This document shows positions 1-10,875 of a stretch of 64,000 bases of DNA, piece after piece. The stretch is from Acholeplasmataceae bacterium. Lineage in GTDB: Bacteria; Bacillota_I; Bacilli_A; Acholeplasmatales; Acholeplasmataceae. Each line of letters begins with the position of its first letter. Position 1 is the stretch's first letter. The notes under the pieces are model-generated. The model was not told where the DNA came from and did no database searches. It saw nothing but the letters and a program-made list of their open reading frames with translations. The position numbers and the translations under genes were made by a program. Location: contig OY775910.1 of the NCBI GenBank assembly GCA_963675245.1, positions 288,001 through 352,000 on the forward strand, written 5' to 3'.

Positions 1-866
1 AATATTTCACTTAAACTTGCTTGCTCAACATCATATTTAATAATGTGATCACACGTTTTAATGTAATCAAAAACTTGTTTTGAGACTTCCTCGTTTTCGA
101 TTCTAACGATTGTTTCGATTAAATTTTGTTCAACATCATACACACCTGGAATACCCTTAAGATGTTCTATATCAATATCGCCAATCATTTTAATTTTATG
201 TTTTTTAAAATTCTTTTTAATATCCGTTAATTTACCCTCAATGACTGCTTTACCTTTTTCAAGTACGATCACTTCTTCACAAAACTGTTCTACATGATCA
301 AGTTGATGAGATGAGAAAACCACCATCGCTCCACGTTTTTTGAAATCATGGATGACATCAACAAAGAGTTCTGTATTAATTGGGTCTAAACCACTAAATG
401 GTTCATCTAATACTAATAACTTAGGGTTATTAATTAGTGCAGCAATAAACTGAATCTTTTGCTGATTCCCTTTTGACAGTTCTTTAATTTTTTTATTCTT
501 GTACTCAACAATGTCAAATCGTTTCAACCAATAATCTAAACGTTCCAAAATATCATGAGGAGCCATATCTTTTAATTGACCGAAATATAGCATGAGTTCT
601 TTAACTGTTATCTTTGTTAACAAGCTTCTTTCTTCAATCATATAACCAATCTCATTGACATCCGCATAAGATATTGGGTGTCCGTTTAATAAGACTTCCC
701 CTTCTGTCGGTTCAATCAATCCCATAATCATACGGAAAGTCGTCGTTTTACCAGCACCGTTAGTTCCTAACAAGCCAAAAATCGCTCCCGGTTTTAAGGT
801 GAACGATAAATGGTCAACTGCGACTAAATCTCCGTACATCATTTTTGCATTTTTTACTTCAAGCAT
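1..866 (-). CDS. ABC transporter ATP-binding protein (3' end runs off window)
   Basis: Not in ORF track. Manual translation from ATG at 866: MLEVKNAKMMYGDLVAVDHLSF..GTNGAGKTT (Walker A)..LSKGNQQK (signature)..LLVLDEPFSGLD (Walker B)..SSH. RBS AAGGGG upstream. Confidence 0.93.
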   Translation of the reverse strand, partial: MLEVKNAKMMYGDLVAVDHLSFTLKPGAIFGLLGTNGAGKTTTFRMIMGLIEPTEGEVLLNGHPISYADVNEIGYMIEERSLLTKITVKELMLYFGQLKDMAPHDILERLDYWLKRFDIVEYKNKKIKELSKGNQQKIQFIAALINNPKLLVLDEPFSGLDPINTELFVDVIHDFKKRGAMVVFSSHQLDHVEQFCEEVIVLEKGKAVIEGKLTDIKKNFKKHKIKMIGDIDIEHLKGIPGVYDVEQNLIETIVRIENEEVSKQVFDYIKTCDHIIKYDVEQASLSEI

Positions 867-938
867 AGATGTACCCCTTTTCTTTTATTCGCTTATATTA
901 TACATCAATTATTATAAATTATCAATAATTATTTTTTG

Positions 939-2846
939 TTATTTACGTACCATCTTAATAAACTCTTCTAATGACACTGTCACTTGTTTCTGTGAACCAT
1001 ACGCACGATAGGTCACAAGTGACTCATCTCTTTCCTTATCGCCTAATACAAATGAATATGGAATTTTAAGTGTTTGAACCTCTCTAATCTTATAACCAAG
1101 TTTTTCATCACGCAAATCAAGTTCAACACGATACCCTTCGTTTTGCAACTGATCTCTGACTAGTTCTGCATATGCCCTGTGATATTCATTATGCACAGGT
1201 AACACACGTACTTGAACAGGTGCTAACCAGAATGGGAATGCACCTTTATATTCTTCAGTTAAATAGGCAACAAAGCGTTCCATGGTTGATACAATACCTC
1301 TATGAATCACCACTGGACGATGATCGTTTTTACCATCTTCACCAACGTATGTTAATTCAAAACGTTCAGGTAATAAGAAGTCCAATTGAATGGTCGATAA
1401 TGTTTCAGCATTGCCTAAAGCGGTTTTGACTTGAACGTCTAATTTAGGCCCATAGAATGCAGCTTCACCTTCTGCTTCATAATAATCCATACCTAAATCA
1501 TCCATCGCTTCTTTCAGCATACTTTCAGCCTTATTCCACATCGCATCATCTGGATAATATTTTTCTTTATCTTCAGCGTCACGATAAGATAATCTGAATT
1601 CATACTCTGTAATATTAAAGTCTTTATAGACAGCTAATAATAGATTAACTGTTCGTTTAAACTCTTCTTTGATTTGATCAGGTCTCACGAAAATATGGGC
1701 ATCATTAAGTGTCATTTCCCTCACACGTTGTAATCCCGATAATGCACCTGATTTTTCATAGCGATGCATCATACCAAGTTCTGCAATTCTAATTGGTAGT
1801 TCTCTATAACTGTGAATGTCGTTTTTATAGATAAGCATATGATGAGGGCAGTTCATTGGTCGTAACACAAGCATTTCGCCTTCTTTTGTGACCATTGGCG
1901 GAAACATTGAGTCTTGATAATGATCCCAATGTCCTGACGTTTTATAAAGATCAGCATTCGCCAAAATTGGCGTATAGACATGAAGATATCCTAAACTAAT
2001 TTCTTTGTCAGTAATATATCTTTCAACAACACGTCTAATCGTTGCACCTTTTGGTAACCAGAAAGGTAAGCCTGACCCAGCTTCTTGACTTAACATGAAT
2101 AAATCAAGTTCTTTACCAATTTTACGATGGTCTCTTTGTTTTCTTTCTTCTAAGAGTTCAAGATAATCATCTAAATCTTTAGCAGAGAAAAAGGCTGTAC
2201 CATAAATACGCTGTAACATTTTATTGTTTGAGTCACCGCGCCAATATGCACCAGCTAAGCTGAGTAATTTAAAGTGTTTAATCTCAGCTGAGTTTCTGAC
2301 ATGGCCACCACGACATAAATCAGTAAAATGACCTTGTGTATATACTGATAGTTGATCATCTTTATAATCTTCGATAATGGCTAATTTGTATGGGTCATTT
2401 TTAAAAATATCTTTCGCTTCTTCATAACTAACTTCTCTTCTGACAATATCGTCACCATCTTTGGCTAATGATTTCATTTTAGCTTCAATTTTTGCTAAAT
2501 CGTCATCACCGATATTTTCTCCAAAATCTACATCATAATAAAAACCTTCTTCAATATATGGTCCCACACCAAAACAAGCACCTGGATATAATTCAGTAAT
2601 TGCCTGAGCCATTAAATGTGCTGCACTATGTCTTAATACATTGAGTGAACGATTATCTTTTTCAGTGAGTAGCTCTAACTTACCATCTTCTAATAATGGT
2701 CTTGTGATTTCAATATAGTTGTCATTGAACATAGCTGCTAATGATTTTTTCGCTAAACTAACTGCAATCCCACTTGCAATATCAAATGGTGTTACACCCT
2801 TTTTAAATTGTTTGACTGATCCATCTGGAAATGTAATGTTTATCAT
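939..2846 (-). CDS. thrS: Threonine--tRNA ligase
   Basis: TGS N-terminus, [48 protein letters not shown] motifs. Confidence 0.99.
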   Translation of the reverse strand: MINITFPDGSVKQFKKGVTPFDIASGIAVSLAKKSLAAMFNDNYIEITRPLLEDGKLELLTEKDNRSLNVLRHSAAHLMAQAITELYPGACFGVGPYIEEGFYYDVDFGENIGDDDLAKIEAKMKSLAKDGDDIVRREVSYEEAKDIFKNDPYKLAIIEDYKDDQLSVYTQGHFTDLCRGGHVRNSAEIKHFKLLSLAGAYWRGDSNNKMLQRIYGTAFFSAKDLDDYLELLEERKQRDHRKIGKELDLFMLSQEAGSGLPFWLPKGATIRRVVERYITDKEISLGYLHVYTPILANADLYKTSGHWDHYQDSMFPPMVTKEGEMLVLRPMNCPHHMLIYKNDIHSYRELPIRIAELGMMHRYEKSGALSGLQRVREMTLNDAHIFVRPDQIKEEFKRTVNLLLAVYKDFNITEYEFRLSYRDAEDKEKYYPDDAMWNKAESMLKEAMDDLGMDYYEAEGEAAFYGPKLDVQVKTALGNAETLSTIQLDFLLPERFELTYVGEDGKNDHRPVVIHRGIVSTMERFVAYLTEEYKGAFPFWLAPVQVRVLPVHNEYHRAYAELVRDQLQNEGYRVELDLRDEKLGYKIREVQTLKIPYSFVLGDKERDESLVTYRAYGSQKQVTVSLEEFIKMVRK

Positions 2847-2861
2847 AATATCCTCCTTTAA

Positions 2862-3065
2862 ATAAAAAAGTCCCTAGATTAATATCTAAGGACGAATAAT
2901 TCGCGGTACCACCTTAGTTCCAGAGATGTCTCTGGCCCTCAAATCCTTTAACGCAGGCATACGGATGACCTTTTCGTCATCAACTCTCAAGGGAGTACCC
3001 TCATCGACTCGTAGCTTTCACCGTCCTACGTCGCTAAATGGATAAGGTATTGTCCTTGTTCATCG
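2862..3065 (-). promoter_or_regulatory. T-box riboswitch leader of thrS
   Basis: Minus strand AAGGTGGTACCGCG T-box (2902-2915), then terminator GTCCTTAGAT..ATCTAGGGAC plus U-run. Stem I has GGTGAAAG and a plausible ACT (Thr) specifier just before the closing CCTTG. Confidence 0.9.
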
Positions 3066-3108
3066 TAGATACTATTATTGTATCAAATTGCCCTCTATAA
3101 GGCAATCA

Positions 3109-3921
3109 CTAATGATCAAATTTCTTTTCTGATAATTTAACATATACCATGAGATCTTGCATCCGTTGAATCAAACGACCAGCTTTTGATCGATCAGAAC
3201 CATCTTTTGCTAACGTTAAATTCGTTGCGAGTTCAACAAATGAATAATTTGAACTCATGAATACTGGAAGTTTTGCAGATAAACGATATTGCAAGACGGG
3301 AACGATAATTTCATCTCTGAACCATGTTGACATGTTTTCTCCACCAAAATCATCCATCATAAGAATATCTGCTTGTTTGAGTTTATTCACACGTTCTTCT
3401 AAGTTACCTTCATTCATACCTTGCTTAATCGAACGAATAAGATCAGGCATATATACAAAGAGTACTGTAATACCTCTTTCAGCAAGTTCCTGTGCAATGG
3501 CAGATAATAAATAACTCTTACCTGTTGCGTATTTACCGTAAATAAACAATCCTTTTTCATAGTGATCTTTTTTATACAGTGTCAAAAATGATTCAGCTGC
3601 TTGCAACGCTTTTTCTCTTTCTTCATTAAAGATATCGAATTCAACAATTGACGCATCCTGAATATAAATTTCACTATCATAAAATCTCAGATTGTCTCTA
3701 ATACGTTCCCTTTTTTCTGCAAGTTGTCTTTCTTTTGTTGGACGATAATAAACTTCAATGTAAGGATCTGTTCTCAATCTGATTTCATAACCATCTCTTA
3801 CAGGGTTAGTTTTCTTTTGTAAGAGATAATTATACACTTTGTTCACATCGACATCCAATAGACTTAAGTTCTTCGTTTCCGGATTTTTTTCGATGAACTT
3901 TCTCATATCATTTATGTTCAT
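3109..3921 (-). CDS. dnaI: Primosomal helicase loader DnaI
   Basis: GKYATGKS Walker A, ILMMDDFGGE Walker B, FMSSNY; follows dnaB and precedes thrS as in Bacilli. Confidence 0.92.
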   Translation of the reverse strand: MNINDMRKFIEKNPETKNLSLLDVDVNKVYNYLLQKKTNPVRDGYEIRLRTDPYIEVYYRPTKERQLAEKRERIRDNLRFYDSEIYIQDASIVEFDIFNEEREKALQAAESFLTLYKKDHYEKGLFIYGKYATGKSYLLSAIAQELAERGITVLFVYMPDLIRSIKQGMNEGNLEERVNKLKQADILMMDDFGGENMSTWFRDEIIVPVLQYRLSAKLPVFMSSNYSFVELATNLTLAKDGSDRSKAGRLIQRMQDLMVYVKLSEKKFDH

Positions 3922-5084
3922 GATTTTTCCTCCATCTTAGCGAGTTCATTAATGTAATCATCCATCCAGTCTGGTTCGCTCTTTTGTTTCTTTGTCGTTT
4001 CTTTCTTTTCAAATTTGGTTTCTAAATTTTGTGCATATGCTAATGCGTCTTCTGTCGTTTGTACCCCTTTATTCATCCAGTCATGCAACACTGTTTCCAA
4101 ATATTTTAAATTGGGTAAGACGCCTTGCTTTTGTTTTAATACGAGCATTAGAATAACATTGATAATACCTGGTTCAATTTGATTTCTTTCTAATAGCTGA
4201 ACTGCTGTAGAAAGTGATAAACCTTGCTGATCAACTTTTGCATATTTCGCAATAATGACCTGAGGTGTCAATGATTGTAAAACCGCTGCTTCTGGTTCTT
4301 CTTTTTCTTTAATAGTTAGTACTTTATGCTTACTTTCATAATACTGTTTTGCTTTAAAGTTTAAGACTTGATAACTGATATTTTGTTTAGATTCTGCGGC
4401 TTTCGCATAAACCTCAACCATATCATTAACATTATATTGATAGACAAATGCAATCCTTGATAATGTTTCTTGTAACTTATGGTTGAGTAGTTGAGAACTT
4501 TTTAATCGATCTGGTAATAATTCTACAAACTGATTAAAATCGAATCTATAATTTAAGTGACTACCACCATTTTGTTGTCTACCTTGAAGGTTATAATCAA
4601 GTTTTAATAAATTCAAACTCTTAAACTCATAAAGCGAATCAAATGATTTCGTCTGATTATCAAAACCTTCTAACTCAGGTTGATCCTTTTTAAACATTTC
4701 AGCCAACATATTTAAATTCTTATCACCAATTTCAGATTGTAAATAACTACCGAATACCGTATCTGTTAAAAACTGTTTTGCTGATAAAGGTGCTTTCATC
4801 ATATAAACAAATTCATCATTTTTCTGAAATGTTTGAATGAGGTTTAACGCTTCTAATTTATGTCTCATATTTAAGAATGCCGTTTGTTTTATATTGAGTA
4901 AATCAAACAGTTCTTGGTGAGTAAAAGATACTCTGTGTGTTTGATTAATGAGTTGATAGAACGTCACATATAAACTATGTGTATCCATACCTAGAAGCGG
5001 TTGATAAAGCAAGGAGAGAGATTTAAAATCTCCACTTGATAGATCAGATTGGATATGAATTTTAAAGGTTGAACTATTCTTCAT
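3918..5084 (-). CDS. dnaB: Replication initiation/membrane attachment protein DnaB (Firmicutes type)
   Basis: LLYQPLLG N-terminal motif, C-terminal DnaD-like YLETVLHDW..GVQT; synteny with dnaI. Confidence 0.88.
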   Translation of the reverse strand: MKNSSTFKIHIQSDLSSGDFKSLSLLYQPLLGMDTHSLYVTFYQLINQTHRVSFTHQELFDLLNIKQTAFLNMRHKLEALNLIQTFQKNDEFVYMMKAPLSAKQFLTDTVFGSYLQSEIGDKNLNMLAEMFKKDQPELEGFDNQTKSFDSLYEFKSLNLLKLDYNLQGRQQNGGSHLNYRFDFNQFVELLPDRLKSSQLLNHKLQETLSRIAFVYQYNVNDMVEVYAKAAESKQNISYQVLNFKAKQYYESKHKVLTIKEKEEPEAAVLQSLTPQVIIAKYAKVDQQGLSLSTAVQLLERNQIEPGIINVILMLVLKQKQGVLPNLKYLETVLHDWMNKGVQTTEDALAYAQNLETKFEKKETTKKQKSEPDWMDDYINELAKMEEKS

Positions 5085-5679
5085 TTAAAATACTCCTAAG
5101 CATATAATCGATGGTTTCATAAAGCACTGCTTTACTCTTTGAATTATCTAGAACAAAGTCAGCTAGTATACACTTTTCATCAATAGACATTTGCGCTGCA
5201 ATGCGTTTTTCAGCTTCTTGATCAGATACGCTATCACGTACCATTAATCGTATTTTTGCATCGTTTTTATCCACGTAAACAACCGCTGTGTAATCAACGC
5301 GATTTTGATAACCAACTTCAAATAATAATGGCATATCAATGACAATGATTTTTTCATACTGCAATGTTTTTAATTGTTTTCTAATTTCAGCAAAAACGTA
5401 AGGATGCACGATGGCATTCAATTCGTTACGCAATATCGTGTCATTATAGATGATATTGGCAATTGTCTTTTTATTTAACGTATGAAAAACAGATTTAATA
5501 TCAGAAAGCATTTCTTGATTTTCATTCCAAAGATCTTTAACGATTTCATCGCTATCAATGACTGGAATGTGTTGTTTTTTTAAATACGAACTTGCTGTGG
5601 ATTTGCCTGTAGCAATCCCCCCAGTTAATCCGATGACAATTGGTTTATTTTTGGCATGTTGGACAGGCATATGTTCCAC
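5074..5679 (-). CDS. coaE: Dephospho-CoA kinase
   Basis: IGLTGGIATGKST, LNAIVHPYV, DMPLLFE. Exact start uncertain (overlaps mutM end). Confidence 0.96.
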   Translation of the reverse strand: MEHMPVQHAKNKPIVIGLTGGIATGKSTASSYLKKQHIPVIDSDEIVKDLWNENQEMLSDIKSVFHTLNKKTIANIIYNDTILRNELNAIVHPYVFAEIRKQLKTLQYEKIIVIDMPLLFEVGYQNRVDYTAVVYVDKNDAKIRLMVRDSVSDQEAEKRIAAQMSIDEKCILADFVLDNSKSKAVLYETIDYMLRSILNEE

Positions 5680-6454
5680 GTCCTCCTACTTTCGTCTTGA
5701 CGATTGTCGTTCCACAAATTGGACAAGGTTCTCCTACTTTCGTATGGACATTTAGTTCATTTTGAAAACGACCATGTACACCTAAAGAATCTGTATAACT
5801 TCTAATGGTTGTACCACCAAGTTGAACTGCTTTATCTAATACTTTAGTTGCACTTTCAACTAACGATGTTACTTCTTTTTTGGTTAATTTATCTGTTCTT
5901 CTTGTTGGGTTAATCTTGCTTAAGAATAATGTTTCATCTACATATATATTGCCTAGACCACTGATGATGTGTTGATCTAATAAAGCAGTCTTAATAGGAA
6001 TCTTCTTCTGATGAAGTTTATGATAAATGGTAATGGGATCCGCATCTTTAGGTTCAGGACCTAATACATTTAGGGGATAAGTTTCTTTATATTGAGATAA
6101 AGACTTTAAATGCATGGTGCCAAATTTTCTGACATCATGATATCGTAATGTGATCCCATCACCAAAACCAAACATAATATGTTCATGTTTATCTAAAGGT
6201 TCATCTTTTTTAATAAAGAATTTACCTTCCATTCTCAAATGAATAATTAATGCATCTTCATTTAAGATAAACACGAGGTGTTTACCATAGCGTTCAAGTC
6301 GTAATATCATTTGACCGATTAATCGATGTTTAAAATCATCGAGATCATGATGAATGATTGGTTCATATAATATACTTACGTCTTTAATTGTCTTGCCGAC
6401 GATCTGCTCAGCTAAAGTTCGTCTAACCGTTTCGACTTCTGGTAATTCAGGCAT
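5645..6454 (-). CDS. mutM: Formamidopyrimidine-DNA glycosylase
   Basis: MPELPEVE N-terminus, HLRMEG, GLGNIYVDE, C-terminal CPIC..CPTCQ zinc finger. Confidence 0.99.
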   Translation of the reverse strand: MPELPEVETVRRTLAEQIVGKTIKDVSILYEPIIHHDLDDFKHRLIGQMILRLERYGKHLVFILNEDALIIHLRMEGKFFIKKDEPLDKHEHIMFGFGDGITLRYHDVRKFGTMHLKSLSQYKETYPLNVLGPEPKDADPITIYHKLHQKKIPIKTALLDQHIISGLGNIYVDETLFLSKINPTRRTDKLTKKEVTSLVESATKVLDKAVQLGGTTIRSYTDSLGVHGRFQNELNVHTKVGEPCPICGTTIVKTKVGGRGTYACPTCQK

Positions 6455-6457
6455 ATA

Positions 6458-9076
6458 TTATTTTAAATCGTACCATGTCTTACCAACATCACATGACGAT
6501 TCTAGTTCCACTTTTAGTGTCACTGCATTCGCCATCATCTTGGGTACAATTTCTTCCATTTCTTTAAGTTCTGATTCTGGTACTTCTAAAATCAATTCAT
6601 CGTGTACTTGTAATAACAATTTTGATTGCTTGTGGTTGTGTTTCAAATAGCGATATAAATCAATCATCGCTTTTTTGAGAATATCTGCTGCACTACCTTG
6701 AATCGGTGCGTTAAGTGCGGTACGTTCGCCAAAAGCACGTTGTGTAAATACAGATGATTGAAGTTCTGGAATATAACGTCTTCTTTTCATAATCGTTTCG
6801 ACATATGTATGATCATATGCAAACTTAACGATATCCTCCATATATGTTTTAATTTCTGGATAGACTTCTAAGTAACTATCGATAAAGTATTGTGCTTCTT
6901 TAGGAGAGACATTAATGTCTTCAGATAAACTCCACGCTCCAATACCATAGATGATGCCAAAGTTAACGGCCTTAGCCGCTCTACGCATATCACTATCAAC
7001 GTCATCAACATGGAAAATAGCCTTAGCGGTTTTCGTATGAATATCTTCATGATGTTCAAACGCGTCGATGAGTTGTTTCACATTTGCCATTGAAGCGAGA
7101 ACTCGCAATTCAATTTGTGAATAGTCTGCACCTAAAAACTTTCGCTCTTTTTCTGCAACAAATAATTTTCTAATTTGTCTACCTTCTTCAGTTCTAATCG
7201 GAATATTTTGAAGATTAGGGTCTAATGACGAAAGTCTGCCAGTTGTTGTTAATGCTTGATTGTAAATGGTATGAACTTTACCATCTTCAAAGATGTTTTG
7301 TTCAATACCCACAATATATGTTGAATAGAGTTTGGATAATTGTCTAAACTCTAAAATCAGCGGTATAATTGGATGCTTATCTTTTAAACGGTTTAAGACA
7401 TCTGCGTTTGTCGAATAACCTGTTTTCGTTTTCTTACCATTTGGTAATGCAAGTTTTTCAAACAAGATTTCACCTAATTGTTTTGGTGAACTGACTTTAA
7501 ATGTTTCACCTGCTAATGACTGAATCTCTTGTTCAATATCATCAATGCGGTTTTGAAGTGCTTCACCTTGATGTTTAAGTTCTTCTTGATCGACATTAAG
7601 ACCACGATATTCCATTTCAGCTAGTACATCAGATAAAGGTAGTTCGATATCTGTAAATAATGGTAATTGTTCTTGATCTTTTAAGTCTTTTAGAAGTTGA
7701 TCTTTTAACATAAAAGTTGCTTTCGCTTTGGAGACGATATGTTTTTGATAAACACTTTCGTCTTCTGGTAATCCTTTTTTAGCACCTTTACCATATACTT
7801 GTTCTTCGTATAAAACATCTTCATAATTAAATGTTGCAGCAATCCGTTTAAACTCTTCTTTCCCAATATGAGAATTGAGAAGATACGCAGCAAGCAATAA
7901 ATCAAAGCTCACACCTTCTAAATTGCCTTGATGCCACATGAGAAATACTTTAGCTGATTTATAATCATATGTATATTTTTCAATTTTCGGATCACTCAAA
8001 AATGTTTGAAAGCCAATTGATGAGAGTGCAAAATCAGGTGATAGATAATAATGATGTTTTCCATCACTTAATCCGATACCCCATAAGTCCGCTTTGTGAT
8101 AGTTATAATCAGATAACTCAATAAAGACAGCCATCTTTGGTTTTAACACTTTATCTAACTCATGCTCTGATGTGATAACTTTGTAATCCCATGCTTCGAT
8201 TTCTACAGGTTCTTCAATGCGTTTTACAAGCACATGAAAATCTAGTTCTTGAAGAAAACCAATGAGTTCTTTTGATTTAACTGGTTCACGTTTAATGTTT
8301 TCAAGATGGACATCAATATCTGCATAACGATCAATTGTTACTAGTTTTTTACTCATGATGGCAGATGCTTCACCATCACTAATCTTTTCGCCAAGTTTAC
8401 CTTTAATCTCATTTTTATGTGCTAATATATTTTCTAAAGTGTCATATTGTTGTAATAATTTAATCGCGGTTTTTTCACCGACACCTGGAATACCTGGAAT
8501 GTTATCTGAAGGATCACCCATTAATGCTTTCATATCAATCATTTGTTCATGGGTTAAACCATATACTTCTACAAGTTTTTCTGGTGTAAATTCATGGACT
8601 TCTTGCATCCCTTTTTTTAATAAATTAACCGTAACGTTTTGATCAACAAGTTGTAGCATATCTTTATCTGATGAATAGATATTCACATGATATCCTTTGT
8701 CTGAAGCTAATTTAGCAATCGTTCCAATAATATCGTCTGCTTCATAACCGCCTTTAGAATATCTAACCACACCGTTTAAATCAACGTATTTATAGACGAG
8801 TGGGATTTGTTGTCCTAACTCTTCAGGCATTTTTTGTCTACCTGCTTTATAACCTTCATATTCAAGATGCCTTTTAGTCGGTTCTGCTGTATCAAAAGCA
8901 ACCAATACATCCGTATGTTCAATCTCTAAAATCTTGTCAAACATACCTGCAAATGCGAACACGGCATTCGTAAAAACACCTGAACTTGATTGCATAATTT
9001 TCGCACCCGGATAGGCGGTGGCATAATACGCGCGAAACATGATAGAATTACCGTCAATCAGTGTGATTTTTTTCAT
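6458..9076 (-). CDS. polA: DNA polymerase I
   Basis: 5'-3' exonuclease LIDGNS/EADD; polymerase motifs DYSQIELR, KAVNFGIIYG, LLQVHDEL. Confidence 0.99.
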   Translation of the reverse strand: MKKITLIDGNSIMFRAYYATAYPGAKIMQSSSGVFTNAVFAFAGMFDKILEIEHTDVLVAFDTAEPTKRHLEYEGYKAGRQKMPEELGQQIPLVYKYVDLNGVVRYSKGGYEADDIIGTIAKLASDKGYHVNIYSSDKDMLQLVDQNVTVNLLKKGMQEVHEFTPEKLVEVYGLTHEQMIDMKALMGDPSDNIPGIPGVGEKTAIKLLQQYDTLENILAHKNEIKGKLGEKISDGEASAIMSKKLVTIDRYADIDVHLENIKREPVKSKELIGFLQELDFHVLVKRIEEPVEIEAWDYKVITSEHELDKVLKPKMAVFIELSDYNYHKADLWGIGLSDGKHHYYLSPDFALSSIGFQTFLSDPKIEKYTYDYKSAKVFLMWHQGNLEGVSFDLLLAAYLLNSHIGKEEFKRIAATFNYEDVLYEEQVYGKGAKKGLPEDESVYQKHIVSKAKATFMLKDQLLKDLKDQEQLPLFTDIELPLSDVLAEMEYRGLNVDQEELKHQGEALQNRIDDIEQEIQSLAGETFKVSSPKQLGEILFEKLALPNGKKTKTGYSTNADVLNRLKDKHPIIPLILEFRQLSKLYSTYIVGIEQNIFEDGKVHTIYNQALTTTGRLSSLDPNLQNIPIRTEEGRQIRKLFVAEKERKFLGADYSQIELRVLASMANVKQLIDAFEHHEDIHTKTAKAIFHVDDVDSDMRRAAKAVNFGIIYGIGAWSLSEDINVSPKEAQYFIDSYLEVYPEIKTYMEDIVKFAYDHTYVETIMKRRRYIPELQSSVFTQRAFGERTALNAPIQGSAADILKKAMIDLYRYLKHNHKQSKLLLQVHDELILEVPESELKEMEEIVPKMMANAVTLKVELESSCDVGKTWYDLK

Positions 9077-9154
9077 CCAGAAACACTCCTTTTTTATATT
9101 TTAACATGAGATGTCTGTCAAATTTTCCACCAGATTTGTGGATAACTTAAAGGG

Positions 9155-10558
9155 TCAACGTCGCCATTGACCCTTATTTTTACCTTTACCTTTTTTACTT
9201 TTTTGTTTTCCCATGATTTGACCCGGATTGCTTTGCATCCCTTGAAGTTGACGTTCATCCATGCTCATCATTTGTTTCATCATGCGTTTTTGTTGCGTTA
9301 AAGCATCTCTTAAACGATTAAGATCTGCAACATTCATCCCTGATCCCTTAGCCACTCTTTGACGTCTTCTAGAAGAACTATCAATAAGCTTTGGATCTTT
9401 TCTTTCAGCCTCTGTCATCGAATGGATTAAAACACTCATTTTATCAAATTGTTTATCATCAATTTGTGACACAGCATCTTTCATTTTTCCTAATCCTGGA
9501 ATGAATCCAGCAATTCTTGAAAGAGAACCCATCCTTTTAATCATTTTAAACTGTTTCATTAAGTCATTATAGTTAAACGTATCAGACATTAATTTATCCA
9601 TCATGGATTTTGCTTCATCTTCATCAATCGCGTCAGTCGCTTTTTCAACTAATGTCATGACATCACCCATACCTAAAATACGGTCTGCCATACGATCAGG
9701 ATGGAATACTTCAAACGTATCCATCTTCTCACCACTTGAAGCGAATTTGATTGGAATACCCGATACTTCTCTAATTGATAAAGCTGCCCCACCTCTGGTA
9801 TCGCCATCTAGTTTTGTTAAGATGGCACCTGTTGCGTTAATCTGATCATGGAATGATTTAGCGATATTCGCAGCATCCTGTCCAGTCATCGCATCAACGG
9901 TTAATAATATTTCAGTCGGTTGAGCAATCTCTTTAACATCAATGAGTTCTTGCATCATCGCCTCATCAATGTGAAGACGACCAGCCGTATCGATAATCAC
10001 GACATCAAAGCCTTCTGCTTTGGCGTGTGCTAAACCATTTTTAACAATGACTCTTGCATCTTTTATGCCTTCATCATAGACTGGAATATCAATTTGTTTT
10101 CCGATTGTTCTTAACTGATCAATCGCTGCAGGACGATACACATCAGCTGCGATAAACATGACTTTTTTCTTTGTTTCTTTTCTGATATATACACCTAGTT
10201 TACCAATTGATGTGGTTTTACCAGAACCTTGTAACCCCATGGTCATAATCGTGGTGAATCCAGAAGTTGCATAATTTAGCATCTTCGTTTCTTCACCCAT
10301 GACACGTACTAATTCATCATGAACCACTTTGACAACTTGTTGACCAGGATTTAATCCTTTTAAGATTTTTTCACCAACAGCTTGTTCTTTCACATGATTA
10401 ATAAACGATTTTACAACGCGAAAATTAACGTCAGCCTCTAAAAGAGAAAGACGTACTTCACGCATCATCTCATCGATATCTTTTTCCGTTAAAAAGCCAC
10501 GTCCCGTCAGACGACGCATTGCCATCTGCAAACGTGAACTTAAAGAGTTTTCAGCCAT
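9155..10558 (-). CDS. ffh: Signal recognition particle protein
   Basis: GLQGSGKTT, DTAGR, TKLDGDTRGGAALS, Met-rich M domain. Confidence 0.99.
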   Translation of the reverse strand: MAENSLSSRLQMAMRRLTGRGFLTEKDIDEMMREVRLSLLEADVNFRVVKSFINHVKEQAVGEKILKGLNPGQQVVKVVHDELVRVMGEETKMLNYATSGFTTIMTMGLQGSGKTTSIGKLGVYIRKETKKKVMFIAADVYRPAAIDQLRTIGKQIDIPVYDEGIKDARVIVKNGLAHAKAEGFDVVIIDTAGRLHIDEAMMQELIDVKEIAQPTEILLTVDAMTGQDAANIAKSFHDQINATGAILTKLDGDTRGGAALSIREVSGIPIKFASSGEKMDTFEVFHPDRMADRILGMGDVMTLVEKATDAIDEDEAKSMMDKLMSDTFNYNDLMKQFKMIKRMGSLSRIAGFIPGLGKMKDAVSQIDDKQFDKMSVLIHSMTEAERKDPKLIDSSSRRRQRVAKGSGMNVADLNRLRDALTQQKRMMKQMMSMDERQLQGMQSNPGQIMGKQKSKKGKGKNKGQWRR

Positions 10559-10872
10559 TAATCATCCAACTTTCTAATCGCTTCAATAAGCGCTTTATCA
10601 CATTTTTCTTCTAATTTATTTAATAGCTCTTCACGTGCATTTTCTTTGTCATATAATTTTAATTTTGATTCGTAATCTAATAAATGTATTTCAACTTTTT
10701 TGAGTTGATCATAAATAGCATTACGACTCACTTTAAAAATTTCGGCAATCTCTTGAAGCGAATAATCATCCACATAATAATAAACAAAAGATTGTGATTG
10801 TTTATCAGTAAGTAACGCACCATATAGTTCAAAAAGACGATTTAAATATTCTTTCTTTTCTAACGTTTCCAT
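10558..10872 (-). CDS. ylxM: YlxM family SRP-associated protein
   Basis: LYGALLTDKQ..DDYSLQEIAE..SRNAIYD; located between ftsY and ffh. Confidence 0.93.
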   Translation of the reverse strand: METLEKKEYLNRLFELYGALLTDKQSQSFVYYYVDDYSLQEIAEIFKVSRNAIYDQLKKVEIHLLDYESKLKLYDKENAREELLNKLEEKCDKALIEAIRKLDD

Positions 10873-10875
10873 AAC

